From Candidatus Limnocylindrales bacterium (lineage in GTDB: Bacteria; Verrucomicrobiota; Verrucomicrobiia; Limisphaerales; UBA11358): a stretch of 64,000 nucleotides of DNA. Every line of letters starts with the position of its first letter. Positions within the stretch are counted from its first letter, which is position 1. The notes under the pieces are model-generated. The model ran no database searches. It was not told the origin of the DNA and saw only the letters and a list, made by a program, of their open reading frames with translations. The stretch spans positions 22,733 to 86,732 of the forward strand of contig DATNHM010000056.1 in the NCBI GenBank assembly GCA_035604955.1. Reading direction: 5' to 3'. Position numbers and translations under genes: made by a program. This document shows, piece after piece, positions 49,901 through 56,997 of this stretch.

Positions 49901-51346
49901 AATGTTGAGCTTGTTCTGCTCCGGCGCGGATGCCACGCCCATCTGCGAGAGCAGCCGGTAATAGGTGTAGCGGTTATAGGTGGAAGGCCCACCGTCAGCC
50001 AAAGTCAAATGATTGGTGAAGGAGATGGAAGATTCACTCGGGTTAAACAACTCCTGCAAATCAAAAAATTGATTGGTGTTGGGAGCGCCGGCCCATGGCA
50101 GCGTGGGGTCATCCCGATTACGTCGATTACCCGCTTCGTTGATGGGCGCTGGCGTGGTTTGCAGCGGCCCGTCGCTGTATTCATCAATGTTGTCAAATGG
50201 GACAGTGCCAGACACCGGAAAATTGGGAGGCTGGTTGGCAAACAACAAATTGGCGCGCTTCAAACTCAGATAGTTGTTCTGGTAGCGATAAGCCAGCAGC
50301 GCCCGCGCGTCGTTAAAAGCCACTCCTTGGTTTTCGTAATTCGGGTAAGGTTGATTTTGATACCAATAGTATGTCACGTTGGGTGGCATGGTCGGAAGCC
50401 ATTGGTTGGTGTTCAAATCCGCAAGAAACGCGGCCAGATTGATTTCCCATGAGCCAACACCCTGATTACGCAAAAAGGAGTCGATCCCAGGTCCAAACGG
50501 AGAGGGATTCACACGAATCCGCCCATTTTGGGCCGGTTGTCCTTCGTCGCGAACCTGATTGTAAATGGCATTCAAATCCAGCGCGTTGCCGATGGGCACG
50601 GCAATAAAGGCGTAACGCGCCACAAACGGATTGTTGGGCCCGTACGGCTGGTCCGGATGTTGCAACACACCCACCCATTCCGGGTCGCCCGTTTCGGACA
50701 CGTAATTGGTCACGGGCAAGCCATCAATAATATTGACGATGGGGGAACCATTATTGCCAATTTCCGGCACCCAGCCGTTCGCGTCGTTCGTGCCATTGCG
50801 GTTCAAGTCGAGGTAGAAACGGAAATCGAGCGGGGCGTTCGGATTGGCATTGGTCTGGATGAACACCGGCGGGCGCGGGAGGTAATACAAGTTGCCCAGG
50901 TTCAATAGAAAATCGTTCAACGTCAGCGGATTTCCATTCGCATGTTCATATTGATAATTGACGTTGGTAAAGGCGGCGACGCCAGTCCAAAATCCGCTGG
51001 AATTGATGTAATTGGTCGAGACCAGGAGGCCGAAATTGTAGGGATTGGTGGTGGCGAGCGCATTGGCTACGATTTGTCCCTCGGCAGCGGCCAATGCGTC
51101 ATCGGCGGCCAATTTTGCCGAGGCGGTGTCGGTCGCGGTGGTCACCGCGCCGCGTTCACGCCGGCTGATGGCGAGGAACGTAAGGGCCATGAACGTCACC
51201 ACCGCCAGCAAAATCAGCGTGATGATCAAGGCAACGCCGTGTTGGGAGTGACGAGTGACGGGTGACGAGTGACACGAATGCGTCACGCGTGGCGCGCTGT
51301 TTTTCTCGTCACTTGTCACTCGCCACATGTCACATTTTAGTTTCAT
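46982..51346 (-). CDS. 1454-aa GspK/PilX-like protein, last gene of a four-gene minor-pseudopilin cassette
   Basis: N-terminus ...SQHGVALIITLILLAVVTFMALTFLAISRRERG is the GspK/PilX_N type hydrophobic helix without the G|F cleavage site and Glu5. A large N/T/P-rich extracellular region follows. The 4-nt overlap with the upstream gene suggests translational coupling. Confidence 0.75.
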   Translation of the reverse strand: MKLKCDMWRVTSDEKNSAPRVTHSCHSSPVTRHSQHGVALIITLILLAVVTFMALTFLAISRRERGAVTTATDTASAKLAADDALAAAEGQIVANALATTNPYNFGLLVSTNYINSSGFWTGVAAFTNVNYQYEHANGNPLTLNDFLLNLGNLYYLPRPPVFIQTNANPNAPLDFRFYLDLNRNGTNDANGWVPEIGNNGSPIVNIIDGLPVTNYVSETGDPEWVGVLQHPDQPYGPNNPFVARYAFIAVPIGNALDLNAIYNQVRDEGQPAQNGRIRVNPSPFGPGIDSFLRNQGVGSWEINLAAFLADLNTNQWLPTMPPNVTYYWYQNQPYPNYENQGVAFNDARALLAYRYQNNYLSLKRANLLFANQPPNFPVSGTVPFDNIDEYSDGPLQTTPAPINEAGNRRNRDDPTLPWAGAPNTNQFFDLQELFNPSESSISFTNHLTLADGGPSTYNRYTYYRLLSQMGVASAPEQNKLNINYVNVDANGNVVPDMETNLIPWTPLQFFTNAADRMLRDYSQEWMVANPSNYVATYGSFTNISTAANPVLNPTNIPLPFGISHVPVFVDNQFVYTPAVQRVLQLAANIYDATTNNTFALGANFPSVFRPTFWVTNENGFTNVYIAGYEPVGSYYDANGQIELGTVTGPGDPQLALPVEVTDLISPIPDPPNPVGYGPAFVYTNVNVYGVPWIIGAKKGFPHFNKFDMESAFQLTRKLQVTRLSTNDTYANNPGDYHFNQMFNLNISNQFGVECWNSYTNSFNDSMVIYVRDNLRHAALTNDEGFSADYPAFPIASNLQITAGYVWPGYNPVTDPLGSQLSFQIPLYTNVTVITNSTYLINGLTYNGITYPPRSLTTNQALPFETGVNINGNLYPQPHWFLTTSNEFQVFMLDTTVNPNRVIDYVQLSGPDSYRDLTSEIITNYNAPINTAQASGSELWNTNFDQSGVPVGILSQVGVSMGLYTASSSSGIWNTTSPTQLANEIAGFSAFMGYTPPPPYGAGEATAIAIGQTSLSNQAPYTPTAAVVQHVSWQANDPLVHYLAGDLNWGLNGESAIVYDRYVDSLMTNSPNGNLGQLNQSYRPWGGNWRLPNEDQNPSNLALKDPLVWQSDDWDFPSYKFPSVGWLGRVHRGTPWQTVYLKSPDILQQTLVSGSTTNYIGTNTWAQWTGDTLLTSSVNGQYYDAANAAPAQDRLLFDIFTAAPNNNATLGQLSVNVDAGNPSPQAGLAAWSALFSGVIVLSNNAIDATIKGAAQPVWSLTPPDQHNGSLGNFTPFAINPAGPPGLNSALGQLVAGINQTRTNFVNPDGLVGSFEHVGDILAVPQLTWQSPFLNWNDTVQQVNGVSDEMYEWLPEQVMSLLHVSDTPRYVIYSYGQTLKPAPNGIYTGSGPFFGMVTNYQVVAEAATRAVVRFNGTRVNSVVLTNPAPNVYYWITVPSVTNNTAVIEQFNVLPAD
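51246..51333. repeat. inverted heptamer arrays (GRGTGAC x4 / NNGYCAC x4)
   Basis: 51246-51273 is GAGTGAC GAGTGAC GGGTGAC GAGTGAC. 51306-51333 is TCGTCAC TTGTCAC TCGCCAC ATGTCAC. They lie in the first 100 nt of the 1454-aa ORF. Confidence 0.9.
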
Positions 51347-52371
51347 TGGTACGCCGTCTGGTCAACGTTGCGGATCACCACGCGCTGGCGGAACAGATGC
51401 ACCTGCCCGACGTGGTTCGACAAATAAGCCGTCTGCGCGTAGGCCGGCGCCACGTTGGGCAAACCTTCGGCGCGCTGGAGCGTGCTGTCTTCCAGCACCC
51501 CCAGCTCCACCTGCACCGACGCGGGCACGGTGTTGCTGTACATGTAAAAGCCAAACACACCGGGGACGGATTGCAGGAAAAAAAGCGTGTTTTGGTTGGT
51601 AAATGTATTATTTCCCCCGCTGTAATAATACTCGGCGGTGTTCGTCATTTCCAAACCATTGGGATCGTAAGGGCGCACTGTCAAATCCACCACGCCATCC
51701 ACCAAATGGCTCCAATACGCGGAATTGGTCGGTTGCGTTAAAGTTGACATAAAGGCGTTGTACAGCGAAGCGGGCAGCGCGGCTTGCACATTCGTGGTCG
51801 CATAGAAACGGTAGAGGGCATAGATGTCGTTCGTATCCGGTGGCGGCCTGTTCGCGACCACCGTATAACCCGTGCCCACCCAGGTCGGGCTGCCGCCGAT
51901 ATTTTGACGGCTCAGGCTGAAAAAGCTTTCCAGCAGGTTGGTGCGCAACTGGCTGCTGGCCGTCAACGACTGCATCAACGGCGGCGGAGCAGTAAGATAG
52001 TTTGCCAGCACAGTGTAAAAATTGAAGTTATTGTTCGTGTTGAGATTGTCCGCGTAATTCCCGTATTTCCAAAGGCTATTAGTGTTAACCGGGCTTGAAG
52101 ATGGCGTCATGGCTTCGAGATCGCTGGTGATCAGGCCCATGGCCAGGCGGCCGGATTCGAGAATATCGGTCTGGGTGAGGCTGGCGCGAAAGGCCTTCTG
52201 GGTGCTGTTGAAGACCGTCATCAGCGCCAGCACGATAAGCGACAGCAAGGCCAGCGTCACCAGCATCTCGACCAGAGTGAAGCCAGCGCAAGTAAAGGCC
52301 AAAGGCTGAAGGCTGAAGGCTGAAACCTCCTTTCGCTCCTGACGCATTATTTTTATTTTAGACTTTAGCAT
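51343..52371 (-). CDS. prepilin-type protein (GspJ/PilW-like minor pseudopilin), 342 aa
   Basis: ...SAFSLQPLAFTCAG|FTLVEMLVTLALLSLIVLALMTVF. An alternative start MRQERKEV lies at 52347. Confidence 0.75.
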   Translation of the reverse strand: MLKSKIKIMRQERKEVSAFSLQPLAFTCAGFTLVEMLVTLALLSLIVLALMTVFNSTQKAFRASLTQTDILESGRLAMGLITSDLEAMTPSSSPVNTNSLWKYGNYADNLNTNNNFNFYTVLANYLTAPPPLMQSLTASSQLRTNLLESFFSLSRQNIGGSPTWVGTGYTVVANRPPPDTNDIYALYRFYATTNVQAALPASLYNAFMSTLTQPTNSAYWSHLVDGVVDLTVRPYDPNGLEMTNTAEYYYSGGNNTFTNQNTLFFLQSVPGVFGFYMYSNTVPASVQVELGVLEDSTLQRAEGLPNVAPAYAQTAYLSNHVGQVHLFRQRVVIRNVDQTAYQ

Positions 52372-52384
52372 TTAGCCTTTAGCT
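52295..52384. repeat. inverted heptamer arrays (AAGGCYG x4 / TTTAGNN x4)
   Basis: 52295-52322 is AAGGCCA AAGGCTG AAGGCTG AAGGCTG. 52357-52384 is TTTAGAC TTTAGCA TTTAGCC TTTAGCT. Confidence 0.9.
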
Positions 52385-52390
52385 TTTTCT

Positions 52391-53383
52391 TCATGGCGCG
52401 CTGGTGAACGTTTGCGGCTGGAAAAAATACAACCACTCTTTGTTATTGTAATCGCCGGTTTGAACCATTTGACCGGCGACCGATGTCCGGAATGTCTGGC
52501 GGCCATTGCCCGGGGCGCCGTTGGGCAGCAACGGCCAGAGGAACGTGAACCGCAGTTCACGCAGGTTGGAGGTGAGTTGCTGAGCTGGGGAACCCAGCAC
52601 CACCCATGGAGCAGAAGGCTGCCTTGGATTTTTACCGGTATTGGCAGCAGTTGCCCGCCAGGTAAGCCCAGCCCAGTAAACCTCGTCTCCAGCCTTGTAC
52701 TGCGTGGCCACTTGCCAAATCGGCGGGATGTAAACCGCCACCGGCACATTCTGACAAATCATCTTGTAGCTGAAGGAGTCACTGCGAATAATATCATTGT
52801 CCTGTGGCGGTTTTTCCACTGCCGGCCCGCTGAGAGAACGAACGTAAACGACCACGTAATTGCTGATGCCGCCTTCGACCAGATTGAGAATGGGCGCGCC
52901 GTTGCCCTGGTTGATATATTCCGGTGTGCTGAGCAACCCGATGATGTTCATGCCGTTGGTAAGGGGCGCGCCGGGCGGCGTACCGGCGGTCGGATACTTT
53001 GGAGCGATAGTGAAATTGGTGTAAGTATAACTGTTCACTCCGGGTTGAGGCAAAGCACCGATGGTCGGGTAGTACGCCCAGTAATTCGTGATCGCCAGAA
53101 CGTAATTGGTCAGGTCATCCAGGCCGCGTGCGCCGTTGCGGATGTTTTCGATGAACACGGTGGCGTCCTGGCCAATCAAGGTCTCCTCGCGATTGTCCTT
53201 CTGGACGTTGAGGCCGGCGGGCAGCACGCCGATGATGGCCACCAGCGCAATGCCGATGATGGCCAGGCAAATGGCAATCTCCACCATGGTAAAGCCGGCA
53301 CAGGCAAAGGCTGAAGGCTGAAGGCCGAAGGCTAAAACCTTTTCCCGCGCCCAGCGCGCATCCATTGTTTTAGAATTTAGCAT
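52391..53383 (-). CDS. prepilin-type protein (GspI/PilV-like minor pseudopilin), 330 aa
   Basis: ...LAFGLQPSAFACAG|FTMVEIAICLAIIGIALVAIIGVLP. An alternative start MDARWAREK lies at 53365. Confidence 0.75.
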   Translation of the reverse strand: MLNSKTMDARWAREKVLAFGLQPSAFACAGFTMVEIAICLAIIGIALVAIIGVLPAGLNVQKDNREETLIGQDATVFIENIRNGARGLDDLTNYVLAITNYWAYYPTIGALPQPGVNSYTYTNFTIAPKYPTAGTPPGAPLTNGMNIIGLLSTPEYINQGNGAPILNLVEGGISNYVVVYVRSLSGPAVEKPPQDNDIIRSDSFSYKMICQNVPVAVYIPPIWQVATQYKAGDEVYWAGLTWRATAANTGKNPRQPSAPWVVLGSPAQQLTSNLRELRFTFLWPLLPNGAPGNGRQTFRTSVAGQMVQTGDYNNKEWLYFFQPQTFTSAP

Positions 53384-53403
53384 TTAGACTTTATCCTTTT
53401 AGT
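53307..53403. repeat. inverted heptamer arrays (AAGGCNN x4 / TTTANNN x5)
   Basis: 53307-53334 is AAGGCTG AAGGCTG AAGGCCG AAGGCTA. 53369-53403 is TTTAGAA TTTAGCA TTTAGAC TTTATCC TTTTAGT. Confidence 0.9.
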
Positions 53404-53404
53404 G

Positions 53405-54301
53405 TCATTGCAATTTCGGTTCTCTCAGCGTCGCGCGGCCGGTCAGCGGGTCAATGTCAATGAGGTTGTAGGCGTTCGTGCTGTTGCCCAGCGGAGCTTC
53501 ATAAACCTGCGGCGACCGGAGCTGAAACGTCTTGGTGGCCGGGTCCACCGCCGGCAACAGGCTGCCACGCGCCAGCGGGATGTATTCATGTTGGGAGGCC
53601 ACGGTCTGCCCGTCATCCGTCAACTGGCCGAGGTAGTTGAAGGCGATGTAAGGCAGATAAAAAGGGGAGCCAAAGGCGGGAGTGTTCGTTTCCGCGGGAA
53701 ACGGAATGGTGTTGGTGTAAGCAAAGGGATAAATCGAGAAAAATTTTGTGGGATCAATTGGATCTTTGAATTGGTAAGGCTGGGTGGGCTGATAAAATTT
53801 CCATTGGGCGATAAACGTGCCGTCGGGCAGCGACTGCCAGGGGGCGAGATAGTGCCATTGGTGGTTTCCGGGCTGATCGCCCACCGCGCCGAGAGCGGCA
53901 AACGTGTAACCGGTCAGTTGCTTGTCGCACAGATTGGTCGTGGCGGGCAGGGCCTGTAGCGCCGCGGACAGGTTGTTGTTCCAAAAATTCGCCGGGACGA
54001 AAACCATATAAACCGTGGTGCGCTGGCTGATGGCCAGTTGGCGGGCACGCGCGACGTCGTTGAGCATCTGCTGGTCGGCGGCGGTCATGGCGTCCGCGTG
54101 GCCGAAGTTTTTGAGCGCCGGCACGGCCAACGCCGCCAGCAGGGCCATGATGCTCAACACAATCAGCATCTCGACCAGGGTAAAAGCCCGGCGGGTGACG
54201 GGTGACGGGTGACGGGTGACAAGACACGGGACGCGGGCACACACAGCACTGGCTGCCCGGCTCTCGACACTCGACACTCGACACTCGACACTCATAATCA
54301 T
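53405..54301 (-). CDS. prepilin-type protein (GspH/FimT-like minor pseudopilin), 298 aa
   Basis: MIMSVECRVSSVESRAASAVCARVPCLVTRHPSPVTRRA|FTLVEMLIVLSIMALLAALAVPAL...DVARARQLAISQRTTVYMVF. Confidence 0.75.
   Translation of the reverse strand: MIMSVECRVSSVESRAASAVCARVPCLVTRHPSPVTRRAFTLVEMLIVLSIMALLAALAVPALKNFGHADAMTAADQQMLNDVARARQLAISQRTTVYMVFVPANFWNNNLSAALQALPATTNLCDKQLTGYTFAALGAVGDQPGNHQWHYLAPWQSLPDGTFIAQWKFYQPTQPYQFKDPIDPTKFFSIYPFAYTNTIPFPAETNTPAFGSPFYLPYIAFNYLGQLTDDGQTVASQHEYIPLARGSLLPAVDPATKTFQLRSPQVYEAPLGNSTNAYNLIDIDPLTGRATLREPKLQ
54193..54297. repeat. paired heptamer arrays (GGGTGAC x4 / CTCGACA x4-5)
   Basis: 54193-54220 is four perfect GGGTGAC units. 54263-54297 is CTCGACA x4 plus CTCATAA. 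The arms are only partly complementary (about 5 of 7 positions). Confidence 0.9.
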
Positions 54302-55164
54302 TGCCAGCTCAGAATGTTGTCTTTGTTGGCGCCCGTGTTGGCACTGGCATTGGGATCCACCTTCCCATCCGGCCCGGCCGACCAGACCATTACGTTGCCG
54401 TGGAACCGGAAATTGTCGGCGGTGCCATCGGGATCAATCAAACCGTTTAGTCCCGGATTCGAATTTCCACTCGGACCTGACACGGCTGACAAGCTGTAAA
54501 AGGCGTCCTTTGCCTGATTGTCCGCATTCACGTCCAGGGTGATGACGTAGGGATTTTTCCACGGATCGCGATAAACCAGATCCGGCCCCACGCCCGGCAG
54601 ATTCGGAGCACTGACCATTTTGGCGTTCAGGAAAACGGTTTGCTGGGGGTTCTTTTGGTGGTTTTGGTTGACCGCAGTCACCGTGGTGTTGGTGATGTCC
54701 ATCAAAATGGCGATGACTTCCGAATTGTTGGTATTATAGGTGACTGCCGGAGGATTCAGCAGGTTGAATTTGGCATTCGCCACGCCATTGGTCCCGTAGG
54801 TGAAACTCCCGCCATTTGCTGACGCCGCGTTCTGCGCCAGGCTGGAAACCGGCATGCGGCTGTAGGTCGAATCATAATTCTGAATGGCCGTGACGAGGTC
54901 GCTGATTTGCAACTGCGCCTGCCTCTTCTGCGCTTGCAGTTTGGCTGCCGACAGGGCCGGCAACAGCATGGCCGCCAGAATGGCGATGATCGCGATGACC
55001 GTCAGCAATTCCACAATGGTAAAAGCCCGCCTTCGTTCCACTCCGGCGCGGCAAGCGTGACGGGTGACGGGTGACGCGTGGCACGAAAAGTCGGCGCGCG
55101 CTTCGTGTTTAATCTCGCCACTCGTCACCTGCCACCCGTCACGTTTTATCATTTTGGTTTTCAT
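54298..55164 (-). CDS. GspG/PulG-like major (pseudo)pilin, 289 aa
   Basis: MKTKMIKRDGWQVTSGEIKHEARADFSCHASPVTRHACRAGVERRRA|FTIVELLTVIAIIAILAAMLLPALSAAKLQAQKRQAQLQISDLVTAIQNYDSTYSRMP. The start at 55164 is preferred to the ORF-track 55389, whose extra 75 aa cover repeat-filled intergenic DNA. Confidence 0.75.
   Translation of the reverse strand: MKTKMIKRDGWQVTSGEIKHEARADFSCHASPVTRHACRAGVERRRAFTIVELLTVIAIIAILAAMLLPALSAAKLQAQKRQAQLQISDLVTAIQNYDSTYSRMPVSSLAQNAASANGGSFTYGTNGVANAKFNLLNPPAVTYNTNNSEVIAILMDITNTTVTAVNQNHQKNPQQTVFLNAKMVSAPNLPGVGPDLVYRDPWKNPYVITLDVNADNQAKDAFYSLSAVSGPSGNSNPGLNGLIDPDGTADNFRFHGNVMVWSAGPDGKVDPNASANTGANKDNILSWQ
55055..55142. repeat. inverted heptamer arrays (GNGTGRC x4 / NNGYCAC x4)
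   Basis: 55055-55082 is GCGTGAC GGGTGAC GGGTGAC GCGTGGC. 55115-55142 is TCGCCAC TCGTCAC CTGCCAC CCGTCAC. Confidence 0.9.
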
Positions 55165-55201
55165 AGGTTTGAAAAAGTGTTGTGCCGGGAATGTTGAAGC
55201 C

Positions 55202-55288
55202 GGAAGGGAGAAGGAGGAAACACTCCGCGAACGATTGAACCCGGCCAAATCGTTTCTGTCTTCTGCCTTCCGCCTTCCGCCTTCCGTT
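55202..55288. repeat. purine run GGAAGGGAGAAGGAGGAAACA facing heptamer array TTCTGCC TTCCGCC TTCCGCC TTCCGTT
   Basis: 55202-55222 and 55261-55288, read directly. GGAAGG and CCTTCC cores are complementary. It is intergenic, between the two GspG-like genes. Confidence 0.8.
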
Positions 55289-55467
55289 CCAACCGCACCA
55301 CCAGGCGCGGACGCCACGCGCGGTCGTGCCATTGAACCGGAATCGGAAGGGAGCGGAGCGCGGGCGGCCCGCCCGCGAGTTCCGGGCACGGCTTCGCGCG
55401 GACGAGCCGTCCGCGCTCCTGCGGCGGCGGGGTCAACCGGATGTTGTCGGCGTTGCGCATAAAAAAC

Positions 55468-56226
55468 TCAGGGCACCGAGTTGTTGTTGAGCTGCACCGA
55501 TTTGGTCCAGTTGCAGATGAGGTTGGTATTCCCGGCAATTTCGAGTTGAATCCACAAGTCATACGAGCCGGGATTGTTGGTTCCGGGATAGGCGTAACGC
55601 CAGGGGTTCACGCCGGAGTTGGCATTTCCCAGCGGATTGTAGCTGTTATCCGGTCCGCCGGAAGGAGTGACCAGGAGGTTGACCGGTGTGCCGCCGACCG
55701 TTACCTTGGAAATTTGATTGGTGTTCAGGTCCGGCAGAAAATTTCGGGCCGGTTGCGCGGATTCGTCGCCGCCGGGTTTGGCGCAATTCATGAAGCCACC
55801 CACCCCCGACCCAAACACGGTACCCAACGAGGCTGCGGGAATCGTGGCGGTGTGGTCCAGGGTCATGTAGTTGCCATTGGTCGGAATGGTCCCTGCCAGT
55901 TCATAATACAATTGGTTGGTCAAGGGACCATTGGGACAGGCCGGCGGATAAAAACCGTAGGCGGATTTGTACTGTTCCAGCGCGGTCTGCAACTGCGACA
56001 TCTGGGCCTGGGCGTTGTGAATAAACGCCTGCCGCCGCACCGCGCTGCCCACCGGCAGAATGAGCGCGGCAATCACGGCAATGACAGCAATGACCGTCAG
56101 CAGTTCAATCAGGGTAAAAGCCAACGGGTGACGGGTGACGGGTGACGGGTGACGAGCATACCCAGAACCCGCCACGTTTGTCTCGTCACGCGTCACTCGC
56201 CACTTGTCACAGTTGTTCGTTTTCAT
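55468..56226 (-). CDS. GspG/PulG-like major (pseudo)pilin, 252 aa
   Basis: MKTNNCDKWRVTRDETNVAGSGYARHPSPVTRHPLA|FTLIELLTVIAVIAVIAALILP...QMSQLQTALEQYKSAYGFYP. Confidence 0.8.
   Translation of the reverse strand: MKTNNCDKWRVTRDETNVAGSGYARHPSPVTRHPLAFTLIELLTVIAVIAVIAALILPVGSAVRRQAFIHNAQAQMSQLQTALEQYKSAYGFYPPACPNGPLTNQLYYELAGTIPTNGNYMTLDHTATIPAASLGTVFGSGVGGFMNCAKPGGDESAQPARNFLPDLNTNQISKVTVGGTPVNLLVTPSGGPDNSYNPLGNANSGVNPWRYAYPGTNNPGSYDLWIQLEIAGNTNLICNWTKSVQLNNNSVP
56126..56210. repeat. inverted heptamer arrays (GGGTGAC x4 / NNGYCAC x4)
   Basis: 56126-56153 is four perfect GGGTGAC units. 56183-56210 is TCGTCAC GCGTCAC TCGCCAC TTGTCAC. Confidence 0.9.
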
Positions 56227-56498
56227 CGTTCACGCACTTCGTGTTCCATTCGTTCGCTGAGCCACTGCTTGATCATGCTCTGGTAATTCAAGTAACGCGA
56301 CCGCGCCAGGCGTTTGATGCGCGCCAGCATCCGCGGGTCCATGCGCAACGTGATGGTCACGGACTCGGCGGATTCGGCGCTGCTGGCCACGGCCGCGTCC
56401 ATCAGGCGCAGGTCCGGCCGGTTCTCCGCCCAAAAGTCCGCCTCGGCGTCTTCGGTGTCGAAGAGCGGGACTTCTTCCCATCTGGCAAATGTTCGCAT
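56223..56498 (-). CDS. brnA: BrnA-like (CopG/RHH-type) antitoxin
   Basis: MRTFARWEEVPLFDTEDAEADFW...SVTITLRMDPRMLARIKRLARSRYLNYQSMIKQWLSERM. Start taken at the Met after the heptamer array. The stop overlaps the ATG of the next pilin gene (ATGA). Confidence 0.6.
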   Translation of the reverse strand: MRTFARWEEVPLFDTEDAEADFWAENRPDLRLMDAAVASSAESAESVTITLRMDPRMLARIKRLARSRYLNYQSMIKQWLSERMEHEVRER

Positions 56499-56500
56499 AA

Positions 56501-56589
56501 CTGTGACCTGTGACCTGTGACGAGTGACGTGATTTTCACGCCCGCGATTCGCCAACCATTCGCGTCACTCGTCACCCGTCACTTTTCAC
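56501..56589. repeat. inverted heptamer arrays (CTGTGAC x3 + GAGTGAC / NYGTCAC x3 + TTTTCAC)
   Basis: Arrays at 56501-56528 and 56562-56589. They span the brnT stop and the brnA 5' region. Confidence 0.9.
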
Positions 56590-56875
56590 CCGCGCTCAGT
56601 GTCTGGTCCATTTTCCGCTGGTAAAAGAACCGTTCTTCCGGCTCGAACGGGCGCGCCAACAAGACGCGCACCAGCCGCCCATTGGCCCGGTACACGCTGA
56701 AAATGCCGATGCCACCCGCCGACATGCCCAGGTTGAAAAAGCGCGCCTGCACGCCAAATCGCGGCGAGTCCGGCAGCAGCCGGATGGCAAACGGGTCTTC
56801 AAAGGACTCTTCAATTTCCAACGGAGTCAAAGAACCATCCGTTGCAAACGGCGGATTATTCCAATCAAACTCCAT
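56579..56875 (-). CDS. brnT: BrnT-like (DUF497) toxin
   Basis: MEFDWNNPP...LTPLEIEESFEDPFAI...FSVYRANGRLVRVLLARPFEPEERFFY matches the BrnT pattern (F.WD...FEE...F.DP......R.ISAR.A...ER..Y). It lies directly upstream of a BrnA-like gene. Confidence 0.6.
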   Translation of the reverse strand: MEFDWNNPPFATDGSLTPLEIEESFEDPFAIRLLPDSPRFGVQARFFNLGMSAGGIGIFSVYRANGRLVRVLLARPFEPEERFFYQRKMDQTLSAGEK

Positions 56876-56921
56876 AACGAGCTAACTGTAAATAACACGC
56901 CCATGCAATGTGTTTACAATG

Positions 56922-56951
56922 TATTTACGCATGGATGCTGTTCTTTGTCAA
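56922..56951 (-). promoter_or_regulatory. candidate sigma70-type promoter for brnTA
   Basis: On the minus strand: TTGACA (56951-56946), an 18-nt spacer, then TAAATA (56927-56922), about 47 nt upstream of the brnT ATG. The surrounding DNA has GTAAATA/TATTTAC and CATGC/GCATG inverted repeats that could be an operator. Confidence 0.3.
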
Positions 56952-56997
56952 CGGTTTTTTTCGAACCGGAGCGAAATGGCTTTGGACCAGTCAATTA

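Noticed and set aside
55165-55389. The 75-aa N-terminal extension of the ORF-track call 54298-55389 for the second GspG-like pilin.
   Set aside because: The extension (MPGTRGRAARAPLPSDSG...) runs through the repeat-filled intergenic region, including the TTCCGCC array and the purine run. The ATG at 55164 (MKTKMIKRDGW...) parallels the MKTNNCDKW... start of the neighbouring paralogue.
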